From the NCBI RefSeq assembly GCF_004010195.1, contig NC_057718.1, positions 45,558,322 through 45,622,321 of the forward strand: a DNA stretch of 64,000 nt, in the 5' to 3' direction. The notes under the pieces are model-generated. The model saw only the letters and a program-made list of their open reading frames with translations, did not search any database and was not told the origin of the DNA. The translations under genes and the position numbers were made by a program. This stretch comes from Chiloscyllium plagiosum. Taxonomy: Eukaryota. Each line of letters starts with the position of its first letter. Position 1 is the stretch's first letter. Below are positions 63,199 to 64,000 of the stretch, one piece after another.

Positions 63199-63397
63199 TG
63201 TGTTGCTGGAAAAACGCAGCAGGTCAGGCAGCATCCAAGGAGCAGGAGAATCGACGTTTCGGGCATAGGCCCTTCTTCAGGATTCCTGCCTGAAACGTCG
63301 ATTCTCCTGCTCCTTGGATGCTGCCTGACCTGCTGCGCTTTTCCAGCAACACAGTTTTCAACTCTGATCTCCAGCATCTGCAGTCCTCACTTTCTCC
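63199..63397. mobile_element. Penelope-derived palindromic mini-element, family A, with TSD
   Basis: Inverted arms. (ctcc)tttctgcaaac at 63184-63198 and 63394-63408. Confidence 0.9.
63242..63289 (-). ncRNA. Minimal type I hammerhead ribozyme motif (Penelope type)
   Basis: The minus-strand RNA reads GCAG-GAAUC-CUGAAGA-A-GGGC-CUAU-GCCC-GAAACGUC^GAUUC-UC-CUGC. This gives stem I GAAUC/GAUUC, stem II GGGC/GCCC, a complete catalytic core, a GUC cleavage triplet, and palindromic ACGU in place of stem III. Confidence 0.75.
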
Positions 63398-64000
63398 TTT
63401 CTGCAAACACCTCAAACAGCAGATAGACCAAATGTTTACATTTTATCTATTCTCACCATTTTTAATGATTGGTACACCTGATTTCTGCTACTGTTTTTAA
63501 CCTCTGCGACAATCATATAATAGTGGAGACTTTGTGGAGACTTTGTTGCATCATTTTGATTATTTTTAATAGCTCACGTTATTTTCTTGCATTTGAATCC
63601 TGTTTGTAGTTTTGGCATACAAATAAAATTAAGAAATTGAGATCTGTCATATTGAACCATCCCTATATGAAACCACAGGTTCCAACATGCCAATTGAGGA
63701 CAGCAGCTTGAGAGCAGGAGGAGAAATTGTTTGTCAAGAGCAAAGTGCCACCAACAGCTTCGCGACTCTTGGACACCAATAGCATATGTTTAACACCAAT
63801 TGTGCTGACACACTGGCTGAAAAGTCTGCAGTGCACCCCCAACACCTTTAGGAGTAGCCTTGATATATATGTGGTACTGTGAAGGAAGGAGTAATTTGAC
63901 AGTTAAGCAATATTGCCAGGTAAAAAGAATAGGCTGCTGACCACAACAAGGCTATGTGTACATAAGTAAAGGCTGCTGATGCCATGCTGACAGCTGGGAC

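Noticed and set aside
13000..64000. PROX1 or other host coding exons
   Set aside because: No ORF with a recognisable host protein domain and splice signals was found. The recognisable ORFs map to LINE, SINE or transposon fragments, and the rest look like noise.

Overview
Eukaryotic, repeat-rich genomic DNA. The repeat repertoire (HE1/V-SINE-type tRNA SINEs, CR1 LINEs with short (TCTATGA)n-type tails, DeuSINE remnants) points to a cartilaginous fish, probably a shark (inference). The only host gene I can support is the 5' end of SMYD2 on the minus strand: coding exon 1 at 12385-12533, exon 2 at 5210-5273, and a CpG-rich promoter at about 12.4-12.8 kb. The rest of the gene lies left of the window. 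From 13 to 64 kb is upstream intergenic DNA, by human synteny probably the interval toward PROX1. It holds decayed CR1/L2 LINEs, SINEs, a fossil two-gene Harbinger transposon, a fossil Gypsy element with candidate LTRs, and repeat-free AT-rich islands that look like enhancers. The most notable structure is a set of 150-230 bp palindromic Penelope-derived mini-elements in three families. They carry minimal type I hammerhead ribozyme cores (CUGAnGA...GAAAC/GUC or GAAAG/CUA), and several are flanked by 10-15 bp target-site duplications. There is one assembly gap (14071-14241). Repeat boundaries are approximate, read by eye.
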